From Eubacteriales bacterium (lineage in GTDB: Bacteria > Bacillota > Clostridia > Oscillospirales > CAG-272): DNA of 64,000 nucleotides. The notes under the pieces were generated by a model, which saw only the letters and a list, made by a program, of their open reading frames with translations, searched no databases and was not told the DNA's origin. Numbering within the stretch: the first letter of the stretch is position 1; the number at the start of each line of letters is the position of its first letter. The position numbers were made by a program, and so were the translations under genes. The DNA lies in NCBI GenBank assembly GCA_045128735.1, contig JBGVRT010000007.1, positions 31,003 through 95,002 on the forward strand, given 5' to 3'. Below, piece by piece: positions 17,141 to 26,737 of this stretch.

Positions 17141-19345
17141 GTGGCAAATTTCTTTTCAACAAAACTTTATTTTCAGGGACTTAAAAAAATACGTATCAGC
17201 GGAACTGCGTTTGCGCTGATAATTATACTTCTTAACGCGTTCCTGCCTATTATAGGCATAATTGACAGTGCCAACTATAGCTCGCCTTATCACGTTGCAA
17301 GCGTTGTCGAATACAATATGGTCGTTCCGTTCTGTATGCTTGTAATCGTACTTGTTCCAATTCTTGCGCACGATATGTTTTCGTTCCTTAACGAACGCAA
17401 TCAGTCTGACTTCTATCATTCTATTCCGCAAAAAAGAACCTGCGTTTACGTAAGCTTTACGGCGGCGGTTCTTACGTGGGCGTTCGGAACGATAATAGTC
17501 AGCACACTTGTGAACACAATCCTTTGGAGTCTGGCGAGCTCTTACAGCTTTTCCTTAAGTACAATAATCCTCGGCATGTTGCCGTTCCTTGTGCTTTCTG
17601 TGCAGATGGCTGGAGTGATGATACTTGCCATGACGGTAACGGGAACTAAAATATCCAACTTCCTTGTTGCGATACTTTTCTTCCTCTTCTTCAGAGCTAT
17701 GAGTACCTTCTGTGTAACCGCACTTGACGAGGTATCAAACGTAATAAACATCAATTACGGCGCTTACAAATATTTCGGACTTGAATTTTTCCTTCCGTTC
17801 TCACTTTTGCTTGGAATTTTCGACGGAGAAGCAGGTGTGTTTGTCGACGCAAAGCTTCAGATTTATTCGCTTTTAGTCGGTATAATTTTCCTTGTTATCG
17901 GTGGATTTGCATATAAAAACCGCCGAAGCGAAAGCGGGTCCAAGAGCGCGCCCAGCAAGCTTCTTCAGCACGTCTACAGATTTGCTGTAACTCTTCCGTT
18001 TGTGTTTATGGTTGCCTTCTTTATGATGATAGACGGTGTAGAGGGATATCAGATAATTCTCGCTCTTGTAGCCGTGCTTGTTTACGTGCTTTACGAGCTT
18101 ATAACTACTAAGAAACTTAAGAGTGTTGTAAAAACGCTTCCTCTTATGATAATTCCCGTACTTGTAACCGTTCTTATGGTTAGCGGTATATATATCACAA
18201 GAAACGCAATATATAACGACAGATTTACTTCGGACGAGTTTGACGGCTTCTGCTTTACTTCTCCATATCTCAGCACTTACGAAAGTCATATGACAGAGGA
18301 AGTATTTGTCAAGAGCGACAGAGCGGGCGAAATTCTTTCCGATGCTCTCAATTATTCGCTTGACGGAGGCTACAATTATCAGAGCACAACCTATGAACGC
18401 GTGCTTATAAAGCTGAAAAGCGGTAGAATAATGGCGAGAAATCTCCATATTCCCGATTCGGAGTACGTTGAGCTTGACAATATTCTTTATAACTCACCCG
18501 ATTATTGTGAAGCATACCTCCAGATACCTCATCCCGACGAGATTTCAAATGCATATTGCAGACACGATATGAGCGATGCTCAGGTTAAAAGGCTTTACCG
18601 TGTTTTCTATGATGAATATAATTCGCTTTCAAATAAGGATAAATTGCGTGTTAAGAAGCCTCAGGGTGATTATGTTTCGGTTTCGGGTATATCTTTGTCG
18701 GGATATTTGAACGGTGTGGATTACAGTGCTTATTATCAGATTGTTTTCGATTATATGCCCAAAACTGCCATAGAATATATGAATATATTAGAGCAAGGCG
18801 ATGAGGGCGGATACTATGGATTTAATTTGGATAATGCAATTGCTCAGCTTTCAGCTTGCAGGTCACAGCTTACTACCAAGAGTATAGATTATGCATACGG
18901 AGCACTGTCGTTCGCTAAGGTGACGGGAAGATTCAGTGACGGAAGCATAGAGCGCGTATATAAGTATGAGAATCCCAAAATGGTTGATGCGTTGTATGAG
19001 GTTTTAGTCCTTATAACAGATGATAAAAATTCATATGTCTATACTGACCCCTCAAAGATATACAAATTGAATTTCCATCTTGACGTAAATCTTGTTGAGG
19101 ACTATGAGAAGGGTGCGGAAACCACACCTATTGTTGTAACCCCCTATCACACCTCTGCTGACCTTGTGGGTATAACCTCGGTCCAAGCGGTGCCCGACGC
19201 AGAGACGGTTCACTATGACACTAATTTCTATATAAACGAGGATGTTTTCGTAAGTATCAGCGATGAAAATATGGCTAAGATAGAAGCCATAATGCAGAGA
19301 GTTTACGGTGAAGCCGACGAAAAGACAGTTAAAACAGAAGAATGA
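17141..19345 (+). CDS. ABC transporter permease with large C-terminal soluble domain
   Basis: FSFL....DFYHSIP.KR motif, about 10 TM helices, follows ABC ATPase; AAGGAGG RBS, GTG start. Confidence 0.75.
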   Translation: MANFFSTKLYFQGLKKIRISGTAFALIIILLNAFLPIIGIIDSANYSSPYHVASVVEYNMVVPFCMLVIVLVPILAHDMFSFLNERNQSDFYHSIPQKRTCVYVSFTAAVLTWAFGTIIVSTLVNTILWSLASSYSFSLSTIILGMLPFLVLSVQMAGVMILAMTVTGTKISNFLVAILFFLFFRAMSTFCVTALDEVSNVININYGAYKYFGLEFFLPFSLLLGIFDGEAGVFVDAKLQIYSLLVGIIFLVIGGFAYKNRRSESGSKSAPSKLLQHVYRFAVTLPFVFMVAFFMMIDGVEGYQIILALVAVLVYVLYELITTKKLKSVVKTLPLMIIPVLVTVLMVSGIYITRNAIYNDRFTSDEFDGFCFTSPYLSTYESHMTEEVFVKSDRAGEILSDALNYSLDGGYNYQSTTYERVLIKLKSGRIMARNLHIPDSEYVELDNILYNSPDYCEAYLQIPHPDEISNAYCRHDMSDAQVKRLYRVFYDEYNSLSNKDKLRVKKPQGDYVSVSGISLSGYLNGVDYSAYYQIVFDYMPKTAIEYMNILEQGDEGGYYGFNLDNAIAQLSACRSQLTTKSIDYAYGALSFAKVTGRFSDGSIERVYKYENPKMVDALYEVLVLITDDKNSYVYTDPSKIYKLNFHLDVNLVEDYEKGAETTPIVVTPYHTSADLVGITSVQAVPDAETVHYDTNFYINEDVFVSISDENMAKIEAIMQRVYGEADEKTVKTEE

Positions 19346-20007
19346 AAAACATTGAAGTAGATTACAGAAAATTAAGATTATCTAACCTTGCAACAAGCCA
19401 ATTTAACCACTTGTTTCTGCTTGTATTCTGGCCATTGTTTGGTATATCCTTTGCGTGGGTAGAAAAATATTATCCTGTGGAGCATTATATCAGCGTGTTT
19501 TCGCCTCTCGACGATTTTATCCCGTTTCTTGAGATATTTGTTATTCCATATGTTTTCTGGTTTGCGTATATAGTCGGAATGCATATTTATACTCTGCTTT
19601 TCGACGTTACAGCATTCAGAAAAATGATGTGGCTGTTTATATTAACATATACTTCAACACTTGTGATATATCTGATATTTCCAACCTGCCAGAATCTACG
19701 CCACGAAAGCTTTGAAAGAGACAATTTCCTCACTCGCTTTATGGCTGATTACTACGCTATGGATACGCATACCAACGTGTGTCCGTCGTTGCACGTAGCA
19801 GGCTCGCTTGCGGTAATGTTTACATCGTGGCACGCAAAGGGACTTGAGAAATGGTGGATAAAGCTAAGCTTTTCGGTTGTTGCAGTGCTTATATGCCTGT
19901 CAACCGTATTTGTGAAGCAACATTCGTTAATAGATATACTTATTGCCTTGCCCATATGTGGAATAGCATATTTTGCGGTGTTCAAAAGTAATCCGCAAAT
20001 TGAATAA
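19342..20007 (+). CDS. PAP2-superfamily membrane phosphatase/phosphotransferase
   Basis: NVCPSLHVAGS and KQHSLID motifs. Confidence 0.82.
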   Translation: MKNIEVDYRKLRLSNLATSQFNHLFLLVFWPLFGISFAWVEKYYPVEHYISVFSPLDDFIPFLEIFVIPYVFWFAYIVGMHIYTLLFDVTAFRKMMWLFILTYTSTLVIYLIFPTCQNLRHESFERDNFLTRFMADYYAMDTHTNVCPSLHVAGSLAVMFTSWHAKGLEKWWIKLSFSVVAVLICLSTVFVKQHSLIDILIALPICGIAYFAVFKSNPQIE

Positions 20008-20040
20008 AAAATCCTGCCGCAACTGCGGCAGGATTTTTTA
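20005..20040. terminator. Bidirectional intrinsic terminator
   Basis: AAAAATCCTGCCGCA-AC-TGCGGCAGGATTTTT. Confidence 0.88.
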
Positions 20041-20913
20041 TTTCTTTTCGGGTAATTCGCTTATAAATGTGGCTCCGAGTATCATAACCGCACCTATAAT
20101 TCCGAATAATCCCATAGGCTCTTTGAGAAAGATCGCCGAAAGGATTATTGCGACAATGGGGTCTATGTAACTGAATATTGCAACTGTCTGAGACGGTATT
20201 TTTCCAACAGCGTCGAAATAAAGAGCGTAAGAAATACCCGTGTGAACTATTCCCATAATCAGAAGCAAAATGATGATTGTGGGAGTGAAGTTGATTTCTC
20301 CAAGGTTTTCGGTAAGCAGCGTGTAGGGAAGTATAACAACCGCGGCGGCACCGAGCTGAATAAGAGTTTTGTCATAGGTGGGAACCTCCGCAAGCTTTTT
20401 GTTCATCAGTATGACGGAGGCGTATAACACCGCCGCACCCAAGCCGAGAAGTATTCCCGTTGTTTCTCCTGCTGCAAAACCGCTCAGGTTAAGTATTCCC
20501 GAAACAAATATCATTCCCACAAGCGCAACCGTAACGCAGAGAAGCTTTTTTAGTGTTAAACGCTCTTTGAGGAAAATAGGAGAGGCGAGAATAATAAAGA
20601 TAGGTGCCATATAATAGCAGAGTGTTGCAGTGGCAACCGTTGTATATCGGTAGCTTTCAAACAGAATTATCCAGTTAACACCGATAAACGCCCCCGAAGT
20701 GAAGAGCAGAACGGCGTGTTTTTTTATAATTTGCCAACTGATTTTGTCACGCTTGATGAAAACAACCGCAAGCAAAAACAGCATTCCGATAAATCCGCGA
20801 ATCATAGCTATCAGCGATGACGGGAGCGGTGTGTGTTTTACAAACAATCCTATTGTTCCAAAGATTGTCATTGAGGAGATGAGCCCAAGCTTTGAAAGAA
20901 AATTATTTTTCAT
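20038..20913 (-). CDS. DMT/EamA family transporter
   Basis: 10 TM two-repeat pattern; YMAPIF...FLKE, YIDPIVA...LKE. Confidence 0.9.
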   Translation of the reverse strand: MKNNFLSKLGLISSMTIFGTIGLFVKHTPLPSSLIAMIRGFIGMLFLLAVVFIKRDKISWQIIKKHAVLLFTSGAFIGVNWIILFESYRYTTVATATLCYYMAPIFIILASPIFLKERLTLKKLLCVTVALVGMIFVSGILNLSGFAAGETTGILLGLGAAVLYASVILMNKKLAEVPTYDKTLIQLGAAAVVILPYTLLTENLGEINFTPTIIILLLIMGIVHTGISYALYFDAVGKIPSQTVAIFSYIDPIVAIILSAIFLKEPMGLFGIIGAVMILGATFISELPEKK

Positions 20914-20922
20914 ATTGACTCC

Positions 20923-22026
20923 TTAAATAATAAGCGCTTCTGCAGTCAGTATTGCAAGAAAGAGTACGTTCAAAAGCGTAAATACCGCAAGATATGAAAG
21001 CGCTTTGCCTTTGTTGTGAGAGGTGTATTCTCTGAAGGTAATAAGGCTTGCGAGCGAAGCTATAAGCGTACCCGCTCCGCCGATATTTACGCCCATAAGC
21101 AGCTCGCGGTAGTTGTCGGTGAACTGAGAAAGCAGAATCGCGCTGGGAACGTTGCTGATAAACTGACAGGAGAAAATGCTTACCAAAAGTGTGTTTTCAT
21201 TGAGAAGTGCGGTGAACAGATTTCTTACGGACTCTATACGCGACATATTTCCCGCAAAAATGAAAAAGCAGACAAAGGTTAAAAGCAGACCGTAATCAAC
21301 GTTTTTCAGCGCGTGCTTGTCAAAAATAAATACTCCGACAAACACCAGAATAGTTCCTATATAATAGGGAATCACTCTGAAAACTATTGCGATAGAAATA
21401 ATGAAAAGCAATGCATATATGACTGTGAGAGGTTTGTTGAGATGAAGCTCAAGCTTTTCACAGGGCTCGATTTTTTCGTTCTTTACAAACATACAGCAAA
21501 TTACAATTATAACTGTTGCGGTTATAAAAAGCGGAAGCATTATCGAGATAAACTCAGAATTGCTTATGTTGAATTTTGAGTAAAGATAAAGGTTTTGTGG
21601 ATTACCGAACGGAGTAAGCATACCACCCAAGTTCGCGGCGATATTCTGCATAACGAATACAAATGCCATATAATTTTCCTTGCCTGTGGATGACAGAACG
21701 TAATATCCAAGAGGAAGAAAGGTTATAAGCGCCATATCGTTGGCGATAAGCATTGAGCCGAAAAAGGTTATGAACACAAGTGCGATGACCGCGCCGCGCA
21801 GACTGCCCGTAGCACTGACTATTTTTCTTGCAAGAATGGTGAAGAATTTGATATCCTTAAGCGCGCATACAACTGCGAGGGTGCAGAAAAGGCAGGCAAG
21901 CGTTTTAATGTCGAAATATCCAAGATACTCCTTGTCGGGTTTTACGATTAACGATGTTATTATTGCAAGTGATAGTGCGATGAGAAACACTGCGTTGCTC
22001 TTCGCAAAGCTTTTGATTTTTGTCAT
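20923..22026 (-). CDS. CitMHS/ArsB-NhaD (IT superfamily) permease
   Basis: IANDMALITFLP, ANLGGMLTPFGNPQNLY, SNVPSAI, GTLIASLASLI; start uncertain. Confidence 0.85.
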   Translation of the reverse strand: MTKIKSFAKSNAVFLIALSLAIITSLIVKPDKEYLGYFDIKTLACLFCTLAVVCALKDIKFFTILARKIVSATGSLRGAVIALVFITFFGSMLIANDMALITFLPLGYYVLSSTGKENYMAFVFVMQNIAANLGGMLTPFGNPQNLYLYSKFNISNSEFISIMLPLFITATVIIVICCMFVKNEKIEPCEKLELHLNKPLTVIYALLFIISIAIVFRVIPYYIGTILVFVGVFIFDKHALKNVDYGLLLTFVCFFIFAGNMSRIESVRNLFTALLNENTLLVSIFSCQFISNVPSAILLSQFTDNYRELLMGVNIGGAGTLIASLASLITFREYTSHNKGKALSYLAVFTLLNVLFLAILTAEALII

Positions 22027-22179
22027 ATATGTACCGTCCCCAAAATAATTCCTGTACAAGTATATCACTATTTTTTCAAAAGTCAAGAATTTTCCCGTAT
22101 TTTTTCAAAAAATACTTTACAAAGTAAATTTGATATGGTAAAATAACCGTAACATAAACACTTGAAAGGAGCTTTAGAT

Positions 22180-24303
22180 ATGAAAAAATACAAAGTTTTG
22201 CCCGTAAGGGTTCTCGCAAATGACGAGAATAAAATTGTTGAAAAGAAACCGATAGTAATTAAGTCGCTTGAAGACGCTTATGTAATTAACGGTGATGCTG
22301 TCAGCGGTGCCAACAAGCTCGTTGACTCCAATTTCGGCAATACCGAGATACTTCACTTCAAGGCAAATGATAATACAGGTTGTCTTTATCGCCGCGTTCT
22401 CCTTAAGTTCGATATTTCCAAGCTTGCGAATGAGTCTTTTCTTCATGCAGAAATAAGGATATTCGGTGTTGGCTGTCAGTCGATGACAGGATGTACCCCT
22501 GCGTATGTTTACGAGGTTGACGAGAACTCGTGGAAGCAGAACGAGGTAACCTACAACAACGTTCCGCAAGTTGGCGCGCTTATAACAACTGCAGATGTTG
22601 GAATAAATCATAATATTATTGATGTTACTGATTACGTCAAGGCAAAGATTGCAGAAGGAAAAAAAGTTATTTCCGTGCTTCTTGCGGGTGATGACAAAGC
22701 CCCCATTCACGTGCAGTTTGCGTCAAGCAGAAATTCTCGGAATCAGGGTCCTGTTCTTGTTGCATCGTGCTCCGAGAATAGCTTTGTTACCAATATTGCT
22801 GCCAATGATGACGTGGCAAAGGTATGGGATCACGCCGCAAAAATGGTTGAGGAGTGGTTCGGTGATTGGGAAGAAATCACCGAAAGAGGCAATTCTCCCG
22901 CTGAATACGTTTACGAAAAGCCCGAAGAATATACAAAGATGGTTGACGTAACAAGGACTCCCGGTGTTCCTTACGTTAAATATCCTACGAGAACAGTTGA
23001 CAGCATTTTCGGATATGAGCCTGTTAAGGACGGGGAGATAAAGCTTGACGAGTATGGCGGATACATATGCGATAAGAAGTTCAACGCTACGGGTTGGTTC
23101 CACGTAGAGGAGAAGGACGGTCGCCTTTGGACGGTTACTCCCGAGGGAAATCCCTTCTTCAGAATTGCAATGGTTCTACTTTCTCCCGGCGCATCTCCTA
23201 ATCAGCGTGAAAAGATACTTAAGAAATACGGAAACTATGAAAATTGGACAGAGCTTGAGACTGCACATATGAGAAATGACCTCGGTTATAACTCGCTTGG
23301 CGGTTGGAGTGCAACAGAGCTTCTTGCCAAGGCAAAACAGCCTCTTGCACTTTCTCATATCATTTACTTCCTTTCTCCGTACACAAGAGAGAATGGTATG
23401 AATAATACCACAGGCGGTAATACAACATTTGTCGGCGGCGTAATGCCTGTGTTTGATCCCGCATTTGAGAAGTTCTCGGATAATCGAGCTAAAGAAGTAG
23501 TTACCCCTTATGCTAATGATCCTCACGTATACGGTTGGATGAGTGATAACGAGCTTCACGCAGAGCATAAGCTCCTTGATGCGTACCTTATGTCTGATAT
23601 TGAGAATCCTTGGTTCGCTTACTCCTACGCGACTGCCTGGACGTTTATGCGTAGCGTTACCGGCAAAGCAGAGGTCTCCGCAAGCGACGTTACAGACGAG
23701 CACAGAAACCTTTTCAAGGCGATGATTTACAATAGATATTTCAGAGTAGTTGCTTCGGCTGTTAAGAAGTATGCTCCTAATCATATGTTCCTTGGCTGCC
23801 GTTTCCTTCCCGGTTGCTACAGAAGTGAGCACGTTCACCGTGTTGCAGGCAAGTGGTGCGATGTAATAAGCCTTAACTACTACGGCGCATGGACACCTGA
23901 AAGCGACCTTATTCAGAATATCCAGAAGTGGTCGGGCACCCCCTTTATTATTACTGAGTGGTATGCAAAGGGAATGGATGCTTGTACTCCAGAGTCAAGA
24001 CTTACCAATGAAACCGGCGCAGGCTTTACGGTAAGAACGCAGAAAGAGCGCGGTTATTTTTACCACAACTATACTCTTAAGCTTATGGAGTGTAAGGGCT
24101 GTGCGGGATTTGACTGGTTCCAGTGCTGGGATAACGCCCCCGATAACCTTAAGGCTGACCTTTCCAACAGAAACTCCAATAAGGGTATCTACGATAACGA
24201 CTGCAACGAGTACACCGAGCTTACGGACGAGATGAAGACAGTCAACAAAAACTGCTATAAGCTTATTGATTTCTTTGATGCCGATAAGACAAGAAGCCAC
24301 TAA
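22180..24303 (+). CDS. DNRLRE/CBM96-domain + GH50-like (clan GH-A) glycoside hydrolase, paralog 1, no signal peptide
   Basis: EDAYV...NFG...LLKFDIS...W....VTYNNVP (DNRLRE); TGWFHVEEKDGRLW..TPEG; MSDNEL (acid/base); ITEWY (nucleophile). Confidence 0.7.
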   Translation: MKKYKVLPVRVLANDENKIVEKKPIVIKSLEDAYVINGDAVSGANKLVDSNFGNTEILHFKANDNTGCLYRRVLLKFDISKLANESFLHAEIRIFGVGCQSMTGCTPAYVYEVDENSWKQNEVTYNNVPQVGALITTADVGINHNIIDVTDYVKAKIAEGKKVISVLLAGDDKAPIHVQFASSRNSRNQGPVLVASCSENSFVTNIAANDDVAKVWDHAAKMVEEWFGDWEEITERGNSPAEYVYEKPEEYTKMVDVTRTPGVPYVKYPTRTVDSIFGYEPVKDGEIKLDEYGGYICDKKFNATGWFHVEEKDGRLWTVTPEGNPFFRIAMVLLSPGASPNQREKILKKYGNYENWTELETAHMRNDLGYNSLGGWSATELLAKAKQPLALSHIIYFLSPYTRENGMNNTTGGNTTFVGGVMPVFDPAFEKFSDNRAKEVVTPYANDPHVYGWMSDNELHAEHKLLDAYLMSDIENPWFAYSYATAWTFMRSVTGKAEVSASDVTDEHRNLFKAMIYNRYFRVVASAVKKYAPNHMFLGCRFLPGCYRSEHVHRVAGKWCDVISLNYYGAWTPESDLIQNIQKWSGTPFIITEWYAKGMDACTPESRLTNETGAGFTVRTQKERGYFYHNYTLKLMECKGCAGFDWFQCWDNAPDNLKADLSNRNSNKGIYDNDCNEYTELTDEMKTVNKNCYKLIDFFDADKTRSH

Positions 24304-24310
24304 AGATCTC

Positions 24311-24338
24311 AAGCCTCACCCATTGGGTGGGGCTTTTT
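24311..24338 (+). terminator. Intrinsic terminator
   Basis: AAGCCTCACCCA-T-TGGGTGGGGCTTTTT. Confidence 0.82.
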
Positions 24339-24420
24339 ACAAAATTTTCTTAAAAGACTTTACAAACATATTTTTATGTGGTAAAATGACTTAAAGAATA
24401 CACTTGAAAGGAGCTTTGTT

Positions 24421-26529
24421 ATGGAAAAGTATAAAGTTTTACCCGTAAAGATTGATGAGAGTATTGTTGGAAAGAAACCTCTCGTCATAAGCTCAATTGA
24501 GGATTGCTACGTTATAAACGGAGATGAAGTAAGCGGAAGCAATCAATTAAGAGACAGCAACTTCGGTGCTTCGGAGGTTTTACAGTTTAAGGGCGATTCC
24601 AAAAACGGCAAGTTGTTCCGCAAGGTCTTTATTAAATTTGATTTGTCTGGTCTTGTAGGCGAACCTGTAAAGAGAGTTTCGCTCAGACTTTACGGCGTCA
24701 GTGCGCAGGGCGCTGAAAATACCGACGCATTTCTTTATGAAACCGATGCGGAGGCGTGGAATGAAAAAGAGATAACCTTTAACAATGCACCTGAAGAAGG
24801 TAAACTTATAACGGTTGCCAAAGCCGGTAAGAGTCATAATTTCTGGGATATAAGTGATTATGTAACAGAAAAGCTTGCAGAGGGAAAAAAGATTGTTTCG
24901 TTCGTACTTATAGGTGATGAAAAAGAGCCGTTCCACGTTCAGTTTGCCTCAAGCAGACACGGCACAGAATATGGTCCTTCTCTTGTTGTTTCTTATTCCG
25001 AGAATGGATTTTTGACTCAAATAGCAACCAATACAAGTGCAGGCGAGGTTTGGGAACGTGCCGCAAAAATGGTTGAGGAATGGGCAGATGATTGGTACGA
25101 CGTGCTCCAAAGAGGCGATGCACCCGCAAAGCTTGTCAAGGAAAAGCCCGAGGAATACGCAAACTTGGTTGACGTTTCCTCCAAGCCAGATAAGCCTTAT
25201 GTAAAGCGTCCTACAAGATTGGTTGAAAATATCAAGGGATACGAGCAGGTCAAGAAGGGCGAAATAAAGCTTGATGAATACGGCGGATACATATGCGATA
25301 AGAAGTTCAATGCAACCGGCTGGTTTCACGTAGAGGAGAAGGACGGCAGACTTTGGACGGTTACTCCCGAGGGTAATCCATTCTTCAGAATGGCTATGGT
25401 TTCTATCTCTCCCGGAGGTGAGGGCAGACAGCATAACGCCGTTATGGCTAAGCACGGTACACTTGAAAATTGGGCTGAATATGAGACCGTGCATCTCCGC
25501 GATGATCTCGGTTACAATGCGCTTGGCGGTTGGTCCTCAATAAATCTGCTTTCAAACGTTAAAAAGCCGCTTGTGCTTTCTCAGATAGTCAATTTCGTTT
25601 CAATGTACGCAAGAACGCACGACATGAATAATTCCACCGGGGGAAGTACAACCTTTGTGGGCGGAGTTATGCCTGTCTTTGATCCTACCTTTGAGGATTT
25701 TGCCGATAAGAGAGCGGCAGAGGTTGTAACTCCTTACGCTAACGATCGTCATATATACGGATGGATGAGTGACAACGAGCTTCATTCTGAGCTAAAAATG
25801 CTTGACGCTTATCTTATGGCCAACGTTGAAAATCCTTGGTTTGCGTATTCTTACGCAACGGCTTGGACTTTTCTTCGTACGGTTACGGGAAAAGAAAACG
25901 CAGGACTTTGGGACGTTACCGACGAGCATCGCAAGCTTTTCCGCGCTATGGTATACAACAGATATTTCCGTATAGTTTCAAGTGCTGTTAAAAAGTATGC
26001 GCCCAACCATATGTTTATGGGAAGCCGCTTCCTGCCCGGATGCTACCGCGACGAGTACGTTCATCGCGTAGCGGGTAAGTGGTGTGATGTAATAAGCCTT
26101 AACTACTACGGTGCATGGACACCCGACAGCGAGCTTATGAAAAATATTCAAAAATGGTCGGGAACTCCGTTTATTATTACCGAGTGGTATGCAAAGGGAA
26201 TGGATGTTCAGGCAAAAGATCCGAGACTTACCAATATGTCGGGGGCGGGCTTTACCGTAAAGACTCAGAAGGACAGGGGATATTTCTATCACAATTATAC
26301 TCTTAAGCTTATGGAATGCAAGGGATGTGCGGGCTTTGACTGGTTTAAGTGTTGGGATAACGACCCCGATAATCTTAAGACAGACCTGTCCAACAGAAAC
26401 TCCAACAAGGGTATTTACGATAACGATTATATAGAATATACCGAGCTCACCGATGAGATGAAGATCGTGAACAGAAATTGTTACAAGCTTATAGATTTCT
26501 TTGATTCCGACCCAAGCAGAAACGTATAA
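24421..26529 (+). CDS. DNRLRE/CBM96-domain + GH50-like glycoside hydrolase, paralog 2, no signal peptide
   Basis: Collinear tandem duplicate of 22180-24303 with the same catalytic motifs. Confidence 0.7.
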   Translation: MEKYKVLPVKIDESIVGKKPLVISSIEDCYVINGDEVSGSNQLRDSNFGASEVLQFKGDSKNGKLFRKVFIKFDLSGLVGEPVKRVSLRLYGVSAQGAENTDAFLYETDAEAWNEKEITFNNAPEEGKLITVAKAGKSHNFWDISDYVTEKLAEGKKIVSFVLIGDEKEPFHVQFASSRHGTEYGPSLVVSYSENGFLTQIATNTSAGEVWERAAKMVEEWADDWYDVLQRGDAPAKLVKEKPEEYANLVDVSSKPDKPYVKRPTRLVENIKGYEQVKKGEIKLDEYGGYICDKKFNATGWFHVEEKDGRLWTVTPEGNPFFRMAMVSISPGGEGRQHNAVMAKHGTLENWAEYETVHLRDDLGYNALGGWSSINLLSNVKKPLVLSQIVNFVSMYARTHDMNNSTGGSTTFVGGVMPVFDPTFEDFADKRAAEVVTPYANDRHIYGWMSDNELHSELKMLDAYLMANVENPWFAYSYATAWTFLRTVTGKENAGLWDVTDEHRKLFRAMVYNRYFRIVSSAVKKYAPNHMFMGSRFLPGCYRDEYVHRVAGKWCDVISLNYYGAWTPDSELMKNIQKWSGTPFIITEWYAKGMDVQAKDPRLTNMSGAGFTVKTQKDRGYFYHNYTLKLMECKGCAGFDWFKCWDNDPDNLKTDLSNRNSNKGIYDNDYIEYTELTDEMKIVNRNCYKLIDFFDSDPSRNV

Positions 26530-26535
26530 TTTATC

Positions 26536-26561
26536 AGACCGCTCCGCAGGGAGCGGTCTTT
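26536..26561 (+). terminator. Intrinsic terminator
   Basis: AGACCGCTCC-GCAG-GGAGCGGTCTTT. Confidence 0.8.
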
Positions 26562-26625
26562 CCATAATATAGGTGTAAAAATATTATAAAAGTCAAAATA
26601 ATATCAAAATAATTGCGTTTATCTG

Positions 26626-26664
26626 TTGACAAAATTTGCATTATGTGATATTATTAAGTATAAT
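26626..26664 (+). promoter_or_regulatory. Tandem sigmaA promoters of decarboxylase operon
   Basis: TTGACA-17-TATTAT (26626-26654) and TTGCAT-17-TATAAT (26636-26664). Confidence 0.65.
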
Positions 26665-26737
26665 AGGGGTAGAAGTGGTGTTTGATGAAATTTCATTTTT
26701 CATTGCTTCGAAAAACTAAAGAAAATGGAGGCAACTT

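Noticed and set aside
22290-22315. DAVSGAN resembling an ApbE flavinylation motif
   Set aside because: Acceptor position is Asn rather than Thr/Ser, the paralog has EVSGSN, and the protein has no signal peptide
23038-25390. Near-identical segments in the two GH paralogs as a DGR template/variable repeat or recent gene conversion
   Set aside because: Differences are mostly synonymous third-position changes of all base types, not adenine-specific; no reverse transcriptase present
26665-26737. Na+-sensing riboswitch ahead of the Na+-pump operon; palindrome ATGAAATTTCAT at 26685-26696
   Set aside because: Leader is short and AT-rich with no convincing aptamer fold; a 12-bp AT-rich palindrome is easily chance
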